64,000 nt of DNA from Squalus acanthias. Its lineage: Eukaryota. The translations under genes and the position numbers were made by a program. The notes beneath the pieces were generated by a model. That model had not been told where the DNA came from. It saw only the letters and a list, made by a program, of their open reading frames with translations, and did no database searches. Positions 26,708 through 37,118 of this stretch are shown here, piece after piece (the stretch's first letter is position 1; every line of letters begins with the position of its first letter). Where the stretch lies: NCBI GenBank assembly GCA_030390025.1, contig JASTWF010000035.1, forward strand, positions 1,178,001 through 1,242,000, given 5' to 3'.

Positions 26708-27664
26708 TTAGTTTAAAGCCCTATCTACCTCTCTAGTTATTCGATTAACCAGAACTCTGGTCCCAGCATGGTTCAGATGTAGTCCGTCCCAACGGAACAA
26801 CTCTGTCTTTCCCCAGTACTGGTGCCAGTGCCCCACGAATCGAAGCCCACTTCTCCTACACCAATCTTTGAGCCGAGCATTCATCTCCCTGATCCTATTG
26901 GCCCTATGCCAATTTGCTCGTGGCTCAGGTAATAATCCAGAGATTATTACCTTTGTGGTTCTGCTTTTTAATTTAGTCCCTAGCTGCTCAAACTCTCTCG
27001 GCAGAACCGCTTTCTTTGTCCTACCTATGTCATTGGTACCTGCATCGACCACGACAAATGGATCCTTCAGCTCCCACTCCAAGTTCTTCTCCAGCCCGGA
27101 GGAGATGTCTTTTACCCTGGCACTGGGTAGGCAACACAGCCTTCGGGACTCACGCTCTTGGCTGCAGAGAACAGTGTCTGTCCCCCTAACTATGCTGTCC
27201 CCTACCACTACCACATTTTGTTTTACTCCTCCCTCTTGAATGGCTCCCTGTACCACGGTGCTGTGGTCATTTTGCTCATCCTCCCTGCAGTCCTTGCTCT
27301 CGTCCACACAGAGAGTAAGAACCTCATACCTATTGGACAAGAGCAAGGGCTGAGGCTCGTCCACCACTACCCTCTGGTTCCCCATACCTGCCTCTCTTGT
27401 AGTCACACCCACCTGTCCCTGACCACGGACCAAATTTGAATTAATTAATCTAGTGGGTGTGACTGCCTCCTGGAACACAGCGTCCAGGTAGCTCTCCCCC
27501 TCCCTGATGTGTCGCAGTGTTTGAAGCTCGGACTCCAGCTCATCAACACGGAGCCGAAATTCTTCGAGCAACCAACACTTTCTGCAAATGTGGTTGCCGT
27601 GGACCTCAATGGTGTCCACCAGCTCCCACATGTTGCAGCAGTAACACATCGCCAGCCCTGCCAT
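26708..27664 (-). CDS. CR1 ORF1p: zinc finger + coiled coil + SGNH/GDSL esterase-like domain
   Basis: CxxC...CxxC, VVGDSIVRG, GTNDI, DGLHLN; open for 318 aa. Confidence 0.85.
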   Translation of the reverse strand: MAGLAMCYCCNMWELVDTIEVHGNHICRKCWLLEEFRLRVDELESELQTLRHIREGESYLDAVFQEAVTPTRLINSNLVRGQGQVGVTTREAGMGNQRVVVDEPQPLLLSNRYEVLTLCVDESKDCREDEQNDHSTVVQGAIQEGGVKQNVVVVGDSIVRGTDTVLCSQERESRRLCCLPSARVKDISSGLEKNLEWELKDPFVVVDAGTNDIGRTKKAVLPREFEQLGTKLKSRTTKVIISGLLPEPRANWHRANRIREMNARLKDWCRRSGLRFVGHWHQYWGKTELFRWDGLHLNHAGTRVLVNRITREVDRALN

Positions 27665-27828
27665 CTCTAATGTATTTAATTAATTAAATGTTTAAGTTTT
27701 GAACGTTTAGTTTTTATTCCCGGCTTTTAATTTAAACCAATGCCCAAGAAAACAGAAAAATACTGACCAACCAATCACTTCCCTGCTTTCCTGTGATGTC
27801 ATTCCTTGTTTTTTTGTTGTTCTTTAAA

Positions 27829-28066
27829 TCGCCTGCTCCCTCACAGGTCGGTCGGTCCACACCAACTGCTGCTCCCAATAGCTCGGTCTGGGCCTCGAGC
27901 CTCGGGCTTTAATTCCTCGCTCCTCCTTCGCCTGCTCCCTCACAGGTCGGTCCACTCCAACTGCTGCTCCCAATAGCTCGGTCTGGGCCTCGAGCCTCGG
28001 GCTTTAATTCCTCGCTCCTCCTTCGCCTGCTCCCTCACAGGTCGGTCCACTCCAACTGCTGCTCCC
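27829..28066. repeat. ~95-bp tandem repeat (~2.5 copies) in the CR1 5' UTR
   Basis: tcgcctgctccctcacaggtcgg recurs at 27829, 27928 and 28023. Confidence 0.9.
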
Positions 28067-28163
28067 GTGGGTTTCCGCCAAAGCTCCGCTGAAGTTACAA
28101 CTGCGAAGCCAGAGAAGACCCTGGAGAAACTCGCCCCCTGTGATAAACAGAGACTCAGATTAT

Positions 28164-29119
28164 GGGGGAACTTTAAGTCTTGTTCAAATGCAGTGGGTGA
28201 AATTTACGTGAATCGGGGTCCTGTTACGCCAGTAGGACCCCGACTCCATGTTGACCCGACAGCAACAACCTGGTCGGAGCAGCGACGATTCCCTGTAATG
28301 TGAGTTTAGAACTTCCCTTTATGGAGTCGGAGTGTCGGCCTCCCCTGTCCAGACTGCCCCAGAAACCCCATTGGCCCCCCAGCCATCCCCACACTGACCT
28401 TTGCCCCATTGGCCCCCCAGCCATCCCCACACTGACCTTTGCCCCATTGGCCCCCCAGCCATCCCCACACTGACCTTTGCCCCATTGGCCCCCCAGCCAT
28501 CCCCACACTGACCTTTGCCCCATTGGCCCCCCAGCCATCCCCACACTGACCTTTGCCCCATTGGCCCCCCAGCCATCCCCACACTGACCTTTGCCCCATT
28601 GGCCCCCCAGCCATCCCCACACTGACCTTTGCCCCATTGGCCCCCCAGCCATCCCCACACTGACCTTTGCCCCATTGGCCCCCCAGCCATCCCCACACTG
28701 ACCTTTGCCCCATTGGCCCCCCAGCCATCCCCACACTGACCTTTGCCCCATTGGCCCCCCAGCCATCCCCACACTGACCTTTGCCCCATTGGCCCCCCAG
28801 CCATCCCCACACTGACCTTTGCCCCATTGACCTCCCAGCCATCCCCACACTGACCTTTGCCCCATTGGCCCCCCAGCCATCCCCACACTGACCTTTGCCC
28901 CATTGGCCCCCCAGCCATCCCCACACTGACCTTTGCCCCATTGGCCCCCCAGCCATCCCCACACTGACCTTTGCCCCAGCGAGCCGCCGTTTGCCGCTTA
29001 CAGCCGGGATGTTGGCCAGCGGCATTTTAATGAGGCCCGGATGTTAAAATGGCTGCTGATGCCGGTTGGGCCGACTGCTTGTGAGGCTACTTTCCTGCCC
29101 GGGTGTTAAAATTCCCCCC
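28164..29119. mobile_element. Harbinger-type MITE carrying an expanded minisatellite
   Basis: TIRs gggggaactttaa / ttaaaattccccc. Confidence 0.6.
28366..28977. repeat. 38-bp minisatellite, ~16 near-perfect copies
   Basis: Unit cccattggccccccagccatccccacactgacctttgc, with a variant unit near 28829. Confidence 0.97.
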
Positions 29120-29313
29120 ATATCTGCAAACACATGTGATGATGTACGTGAGAGTGTGTAAGAAGGAATGAGTGTGAAAGGGCTGTCTGACTGAGCATAT
29201 GGTGGTGCGAAGGTTTTGTGTCAGTGTTAACCAGTTCGTGCAATGCCTTATTAGTGGCGTTAGAGGATGATATTGGAACGTATTCATTGAATGTTACTTC
29301 TGTTCCCTCTTAG

Positions 29314-29456
29314 GACAGCCGGACGACATTTTTGGCTGTTGCTGCTACTCTCGCCCATGAGCTCGGACACAATCTGGGACTCTCACACGACACTGAATCA
29401 CGGAATTGTAACTGTGCAGATGCGAAAGCCGGCTGCATCATGGGAGAAGCACTAGG
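29314..29456 (+). CDS. ADAM catalytic exon with HEXXHXXGXXH zinc motif and Met-turn
   Basis: Acceptor ttccctcttag, donor gtgag at 29457. Reads [47 protein letters not shown](G); 143 nt, ending in phase 2. Confidence 0.95.
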
Positions 29457-29887
29457 GTGAGAAACACATTCAAACAATGTGGCTGGTGTTGGTGGATCTC
29501 ATTCCCACTGCGCCATCTAATAGTAAGAATGAACCCTTCCGAGCACTAACACAGGGCTAGTGGGATGATTTGTATTCCCGAGGAACATAGTCTGTGGGTG
29601 TAATTTAATTTGGCGTGTTATGTCACAATTGCAATATTACAGGTTAGGCAACTAATGGGAGGAGGAGGCTCCATGAACATCTCAATCTTCAATCGTGGTG
29701 GAGCCCGGCACATGAGTGCAAAAGGCAAGGCAGAGACAAAAGAGAGAAAGTGCTGGAAATGGCCTGCAGGTCAGGCAGCATTTGTGAGAGAAGAGAAAAA
29801 TTAATGTTTCAAGTGTTGGTCCTTCTTCAAATCAAGGCTGAAGTGTTTGCAAATGTCCTCAACCAAAAGTGCCGAGTGGATGATCCT

Positions 29888-31177
29888 ACATAAGATCATA
29901 AGAAATAGGAGCAGGAATAGATCAATCGTCCTTCGAGCCTGCTCCGCCATTGAATAAGATCATGCTGATCTTCTACCTCAACCCCTTCCCTCACTAAAAT
30001 AGAATCATTGAAACTTACAGCACAGGAGGAAACCCTTCGGCCCGTCGTGCCTGTGCTGGCTCTGTGAAAGAGACGTCGTGCTTAGTCCCACAACCCCGCA
30101 TTTTGTCTGGAACCCTGTAAGTTCCTCATCCTCAAGAACCCGTCCAACTCCCCTTTAAAATTATTGATGGAATCAGCTTCCACCACCTTTTCAGGTCGAG
30201 CGTTCATCTCCCCTCTCGATCTTTTTCCAATGATTTTGAATTTATGACCTCGAGTTATTGACCAGAGGTACTATTTTTTCTCGATTTCCATCTTTCCTGA
30301 CGTGTGGTGCCCAGAAATGTCCACAGTACTCCAGCTGAAGCCTAACCAGTGTTTATAAAGTACCAGCATGATCTCTTTGTTTTTATATTTTATGCCTCTA
30401 TTTATAAACCCAAGTAACCCATATGCTTTTTTAACCACCTTATTAACTTGCCCCGCCACCTTTAAGGATTTGGGTGTATGGACACCAAGGTCTCTCTGCT
30501 TGTTTCACTTATCATTTATAGTATACTGTCTTTCCATATTAGTCCTCTCAAAGTGCATCAATTCACATTTCTCCGCATTGAACCCCATTTAAAAAAAATA
30601 AAATCATAGAAATTTGCGGCACATCGGAGGGAATTTTTGGGGGGTCAGCGAGCGTATTTGGTGGCAGGTCGATTGGAAAATTTTGTTTTTGACAGGGGGT
30701 CGGGACCCCGCTGTCAACTTGCCGCCACGCGCTTTTCCCAGATGTCGGGTCTGTCAGCGCTGAACAGACCCAACACGCAGCAGTGGGGGAGGCAATTCAA
30801 GTCATTATGACATAAGAAATAGGAGCAGGAGTAGGCTATTCGGCCCCTCGAGCCTGCTCCACCATTCAATAAGATCATGGCTGATCTGATCTTGGCCTCA
30901 ACTCCACTTTTCTGCCTGTTCCCCATAACCCTTGACTCCACTGTAGTTCAAAAATCTGTCTATCTCAGCCTTAAATATATTCAATGACTCAGCCTCCACA
31001 ACTCTCTGGGGTAGAGAATTCCATAGATTCACGACCCTCTGTGAGAAAAAATTCCTCCTCATCTCAGTTTTAAATGGGCGACCCCTTATTCTGAAACTAT
31101 GCCCCCTAGTTCTAGATTCCCCCATGAGTGGAATCACCCTCCCAGCATCTACCCTGTCAAACCTCCTCAGAATCTTA
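29888..31177 (-). mobile_element. Cluster of CR1 3' fragments (plus a Harbinger-like end near 30627)
   Basis: ORFs 30271-30459 and 30898-31215; repeated ataagaaataggagcagga tails. Confidence 0.75.
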
Positions 31178-31539
31178 TGGGGGAGAAATTCGGTATTGTC
31201 CCGTTTGAGGCGCAATTATCGGCCGGGCGCAAAGTTTAGCGCCTGCCGCAAATTATCGCCTCCGACTGCAAACTTGGCTTTTATTGCCCCTGGAGGTGAT
31301 TGGAGTGCTAAATCAGGCGCTGCACACCTGTCTTAAGGTGCAAAGGCCGAGGAGCAAGGCGCTAACTCAGAGCGCGGGCGCAGGGCAGGTGATGTCAGTT
31401 AGCGATGGAACACAGACACACTGGCGCCGGCCAGTTCTTAAAGGGGAGGGTCGATCTTGCTCTCCAGCCACACCCTGCTCATTGGAGCCTTGAATCTCGG
31501 CCTGGCGAGACCTGTGACTACATTTTCCAGCCAAGGACT

Positions 31540-33266
31540 ATGGAGAGGGTGAGAGAACGAGCTCAGCGCTTCAGCGAGCGGGCCTTGGCGGCTCTGGTTG
31601 GCGCGGTGGAGCGCAGAAGATCTATACTCTATCCTGAGAGTGGCAGGAGGCCTTTGCCGCGCGAGTACAGAAGAGTGTGGAGGGAGGTGGCTCAGCACGT
31701 CTCCTCCAGGAGCATGGTGCCCAGGACCTATACTCAATGTTGCAAAAAGTTCAACGACCTCACTCGGGTCGTCAGGGTGAGTGGCTTTTTTTAATACCTC
31801 TCCATCCCTCCATCTCAACCTCACTCTATGGCCAGAGGGTCTTAAAACCCCAATGCCCAACACTCATCCAAAACCTATGGCCCTCTCATCAAACACACAC
31901 GCACATTCCACACCTTGCATACAGTAAGGGCTATTCAATTATGGGAGGCACATCAGGCAAGACCATGGCTGTATATTTACTCAGACGCCGTCCTTTTTCT
32001 TGCAGGCCAAGCTATCTCATAATAGGAGACAGCAGCAACGGACGGGTGGAGGGCGGCCTCAGCTGCAACCCCTCAGCGATCTTGAGGCGCGCATCCAGAG
32101 GATTGTAGCAAGCCAGGTAATCAGTCCCGTCGCCCCTGGAGAGGTCGACCCCGTTCGGGACAGCAATGGTAAGGTCATCAGCTTTCTCTCCTCTCTCATT
32201 CCACTTGTCCCTCACAACACCGGCCTTTGACACTTTCAATCTAACTTACTAAATCGCTCCACTCCTTCCTCCCTTACTGCCCCCCTGTCCTCACGCTAAA
32301 GCCACTCTTGTACCTCCCTGCTTTCAGATGGTGATTCACCAACAGAGGAGACGGGCCCTCAAGCTGCCAGTGGGAGCGAAGCCGCAGACGAGGAGGAAGA
32401 GGAAGCTGGTGCATCAGCGCCACCCTCTCCCGAGGAAGCCCGTGCCCACACTGGGACCACGTCTTCCCTGGAGGGGAGCAGGGCGGAAGGGTCTGATGAG
32501 GGTGAAGCTCCGGGACCCAGCGGGCTGCAGCAACGCGATGTGGCTAGGGAAGCTCGGGGCCTTCTCCCCGGAGGGAGAGTAGGCCAGCGAGTCCTGCTGC
32601 ACTGGACGCAGAGGAGGAGCGGCTGATCGCTGAAATGAACACCCAGGCGGTGGACATGCACACAGCTCATGGGTGCAGCGGGAAGGGTGCCCGAATGCAT
32701 TGAATCACTGGCAAGGAGTGTGGAGCACTACGCTGTAGCACAGGCGGATGTCACGCAACTGCTTAGTGCTGCAATTCTGTCACTGGCTGCTGTGATCCAA
32801 TCTCAGACTGGTCTCATGCAGACTCGGATTGAGGCCACGCGAGCACTGACTGCTGCCATTGTCGCTGGTTTGACACATTTCCCCGGGGCTCTAGCAGATT
32901 GCTCCGGATGCTGAGGTGATGCCCTGTGGGAGTGCCAGTGTGTCAGTCGAGCAGGGAGTTGCTGTCCTTTCTCAAGATGACAGCATTCCTGCTGCCACCA
33001 CTGTCACTTCCCCATTGCACTTGACACCGCCTGTAGCCCAGACTGCTGCCGCCCATGCAGAGTTGGTGCAGTCTGCAGCCGGGCCCTCCAGGCCCAGAGC
33101 TGGTCGAGGCCGTCCTTCAAGGGCATCTGTAATCTCAGGTTCTGACAATCAGCAGCCTTCCACCAGCCTTGCTGCAGCCACTGGGGCCCCATTACGGAGG
33201 AGCAGTAGGGTGGGAAGGGAGGAAGTGCGCAAGGGATGGAGATCACCCTCGAAGGGCAAAAAGTAG
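31540..33266 (+). pseudogene. Harbinger A Myb/SANT-like gene, 3 exons (31540-31776, 32006-32168, 32328-33266), frameshifts in exon 3
   Basis: MERVRERAQRFSERALAALV...W..VA..V...RT..QC.KKFNDL | AKLSHNRRQQQRTGGG, with canonical GT-AG sites in phases 0 and 1. Confidence 0.85.
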
Positions 33267-33599
33267 GAGGTGTGATGAAATGTTGGGAATTTTTTTATTA
33301 AAGGCCAAGGTTTGTGTTCAAACTTTTGTTTAGTGTTTTGGACATTATCTCCAGGTTGTGAGAACCAGTTATGTTAATTAATGATTTTTTGTGTTTGTTT
33401 CTATTAGTTTGTCATGAAGAAATGACACACACAGAGTTTGTAAAATAAAAAAGTTTTTGTATTCAAAATGTACAGGTTTGGCCTTTGGAATCATTGCTGC
33501 CTTGGCCGGCTTTGGGGTTGCGGGTTGTTTTCATTCATGTTGTTCTCCATGCCAGAAGCCATATTCCTCTGTCGGGGCCTAGAAGCGGCTTGTTATCAG

Positions 33600-34720
33600 T
33601 CATTGACGGACGGCCCTTGCAGTTTCAACATTGTGGGCCTCCCTCCCGCCTTGGTGCTGCTGCTGATCATCCATCTCCTCTTCCTCCTCCCCTTCCTCCT
33701 CCTCCGGTGGTGCTCCAAGGCCTGGTGGCATTGGCTGGGTCCTGAGGATTGCCAGGTTATGCAGCATGCAGCACACAACTATGAAGAGGGAGACTCGCTC
33801 AGGCGAGTACTGCAGGGCTCCTCCTGAGTGGTCCAGACAGCGGAACCGTTGCTTGAGCACGCCAATCGTCTGCTCAATGATGTTCCTGGTGGCGAGACGG
33901 CTCTCATTGTACCGCAGCTCAGCAGGGGTGTTGGGGTTACGGAGCGGTGTCATCAGCCAGTTGGAGAGTGGATAACCCTTGTCCCCGAGGAGCCAACTAC
34001 TCGGCTGATGCGGTGCTTGGAAAAGTTCTGGCACACCAGTCTGGCGCAGGATGAAAGCATCGTGGCTGCTGCCAGGATAGCGGGCATTGACAGCGAGTAT
34101 CAGCTGTCTGTGGTCACAGACCAACTGGACGTTTAAGGAGTGGAACCCTTTGCGGTTTCGGAAAATCTCTGCATTCTCATGCGGTGCCCGCAATGCCACA
34201 TGCGTGCAGTCAATGGCGCCCTGCACCATGGGGAAGCCCCCTATCCTCACAAAGCCCAATGCATGTTCATGCTGCTTGGCCCGGGTCATCGGGAAAGAGA
34301 TGTACTGGCGTCTCCTTTTATAGAGGGCATTTGTGACCTGACGGATACAGCAATGGACCGCGAACTGGGAGATATTGGCAATGTCCCCAGTAGCTGCTTG
34401 AAAGGATCCAGTGGCATAAAAATTCAGAGCCACTGTGACCTTCACTGCCACCGACAGAGACGCCCTGGTCCTCAGTTGAGGCTGCAGATCTGGCTGCAGC
34501 ATGTGGCTGAGCTCAGTGACCACCTCCTTGCTGCAGCTCAGCCTGCGCAAACACTGCTCCTCAGAAAAATGAATGTAGGAGAATTGTTCCCGGAATACCC
34601 TGGGAGGGTAAGGTCTCCTGTGCAGAGGCCTGTTGGCCCTCCTCCGTCTGGCCATGATTACCACTCTCTCTCTGCGTCTCTGTTGCCTCCGATTCTGCAG
34701 GTGCAGGACGACGCCCCGAA
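33600..34720 (-). CDS. Harbinger A DDE transposase (HARBI1-like), N-terminus truncated
   Basis: [32 protein letters not shown] and IEQTIGVLKQRFRCL in an open 354-aa frame. Confidence 0.9.
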
Positions 34721-35872
34721 TCAGTGCAGCCGTGGAGAGTCCTCGTCGGAGGGCGCAGGGTGCTCCCAGCTCTGCTCAGCTGCATGTGGACCCTGTGCCT
34801 CTGAGTCCATCCAGAAAGAGAGCGGTGCTGGAACTCCGGGAACAAGTGCAGGAGTCTCTGGCAAGTTTTGTCTCCAGGGTTACTGCGAGTCTGGAGAGGA
34901 TGGAGGAGTCCATCTCTAACATGAGCAGTGCCTTTGTGGAGTCAATCGCGCATGAACGCACCACCACGGAAAGGATGGCGACCTCCGTGGAAAGGATGGC
35001 TACCTCCATGGTAAGGATGGCTACCTCTGTGGAAAGGATGGCTACGGTAGAGGAGAGGATGGCTACGGCCATGGAGGAAATAAGTCGCCAGAGTCAGGAA
35101 AACATGGTGAATGTTCAGAATAGACTGACATCTCTGGAGGAGCGATGGGTGGCTATTGAGCAGAGAAACCAGAGCTTCATGGAAGTCCTTTTGAGTAGGA
35201 CTGCCAGTGCAGATACGGGTCCTCATGGCCCCTCTGATGTGCAGCAAGGTGCTGACCAGCCACTTACTAGCATTTAAGTGGGGCTGACCCATGAGAGGGA
35301 AATTGGTGGCAGGCAACAAGGAAGTATGGGCTCCTCTCCAAGCGCTCACACTCCCATGCCACTGAGTAGCCCTCGATCAGAGCCCCACCAGAGTCCTCAC
35401 CCAACTGAGATGGGCGTCTCAGCCACTGCACAGCCGCAGGAGGAGCAGACTGTTGCCGAGCCCTCACAGGCTCACAAACCCAGAGGACGCACGCCAAAGT
35501 TGTCGAAGCAGGAGCAGCATGAAAGTGAGCAAGGTGCCTCCACATCTGCTGAAGCCACAGGGGAAGCATCACGTAGAACCACGCGTAAGAGGAAGATAAA
35601 GCACAATTAGTCACAAGAGTAGTCACTTGGGTGTTCTGCTCTGTTGTCTTTAATTTTTGCCATTGTCATCCTTTTGTGCATTGATTAAACAGAAGTGATG
35701 GCAAACTGTTGAAGTTCTGGCCTATGTGATCTGGGAAATGGAAGTTGCACATTGAGGGCTCAGGGTGACTTGCATTTGTAATGATGGTGGTCAGAGTGAT
35801 AGGAACCCACAGGCTCTTGTCCATTGTGTATGGCGTGATAAGGTGCCAGCAACATGTGTTTGATTCCTCTAC

Positions 35873-36909
35873 CTAAGTGAATCTGGCAAACATTAGTTCA
35901 TCCCTTGCATCACGGGCAGCAATGTGCTCGCGTGCTGCTGCAGCTGGCTCATCCGCCTCTGCAAGGTCTTCTTCCTCCTCCCCCTCCTCCTCATCTGAGG
36001 AGGCTATGCGCTGAGTCACTTGTTCCTCAGGCAGCTGCAAGCCACGATGCTGTGCGATGTTGTGCAGTGCACAGCAGACCACGATGATTCTGGAGACCCT
36101 GGCTGCTGAGTACTGTAGGGCTCCACCTGATCTGTCAAGGCATCTGAATTGCATCTTGAGCAAGCCGATGGTTTGCTCGATGATGAATCTGGTCAAAATG
36201 TGGCTGGCATTGTAGCGCTCCTCAGCTTCATTCGATGGCCTCCTCAACGGCGTCATCAGCCACCCTTGCGGTTGACACAAACAGCTGGGTTATGATGGGG
36301 TGCCCTAATGGCCACATGTGTGCAGTCTATGACGCCCTGCACCCTTGGCAAGCTTGCCATAATTGCAAAGCCAACCGCACACGCGGTGACACTTGCTTGA
36401 TCCGCCGAGAGGCGGATGCAATTGTGCGCCTTGGCAAAGAGGGCATCGGTTACCTGCGTGAGGCAAGTGTGTACGGCCGACTGGGAGATGCCGCTGATGT
36501 CTGCTGATGAGCCCTGGAAGGACCCTGAAGCAAAAAGATTGAGGGCGGTAGTGACTTTGACAGCCACTGGTAAGAGGTGTCCACCCGCTCCTCTGGGCTC
36601 CAGGTGTTGGTGCAGCATTGAGCAGATGTCAGCGACTACCTCTCATGAAAGTCTCAGCCTCCTTTGGCACTGCTGCTCAGTCATGTTGAGGAAGGTCATC
36701 CTCGGCCTGTAAATCCTGTGTTGGGGGTATCTCCTGCGGCAACGTGCAGCCCTGCACTGACGCCTTCTGCCCTGTGCAGCATCAGGTGGGTGAGCAGAAG
36801 GTTGGCGATCCTGCTGTTGGTGCTGCTTTTGTGCCTGGTTCTGCTGCTGCTGCGGCTGCTTTTCCTCCGAATCTGAGGAGCAGGATGAAAGGAAATAAAT
36901 GGTTCCCAT
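35873..36909 (-). pseudogene. Harbinger B transposase with a stop and an internal deletion
   Basis: ORFs 36643-36909, 36256-36618 and 35873-36280 (GVIDCTHV...[15 protein letters not shown]). Confidence 0.88.
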
Positions 36910-37118
36910 GCTGCTGGTAGATATCTCAGTTGAGGAAGTGCTCAGTAAATGTGGGGAGAGGGTTTTCCCAGGAGGTCACAGATCTCAGCTTCACCACTTA
37001 CAAGATCAGTAGACCTGTATTTTCCAAGACCTGAAAAAACAAACAACAGAAAATGCTGGAAACACTCAGCAGGCCAGGCAGCATCCTGAAAAAACAAAGT
37101 TCTGTCATCTGTAAGTGA

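Larger units (their letters stand above)
24176..28120 (-). mobile_element. CR1 retaining 5' UTR, ORF1 and most of ORF2 (internal 3' deletion)
   Basis: ORF1 26708-27664, ORF2 pieces 25667-26668 and 24257-25609, 3' hairpin tail at ~24176-24240, and GC-rich repeats upstream. Confidence 0.9.
31179..34721. mobile_element. Harbinger/PIF transposon family A (left end, Myb gene, transposase), right end missing
   Basis: TIR-like gggggagaaatt at 31179; convergent Myb/SANT (+) and DDE transposase (-) genes. Confidence 0.85.

Noticed and set aside
28224..29025. Gly/Trp-rich repetitive ORFs, or a CRISPR-like array
   Set aside because: This is a 38-bp tandem repeat with no spacers and no cas genes, open in all three - frames.
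33600..34664. Domesticated HARBI1 host gene
   Set aside because: It lies in a transposon context with a TIR-like end, a decayed Myb partner and a truncated N-terminus.
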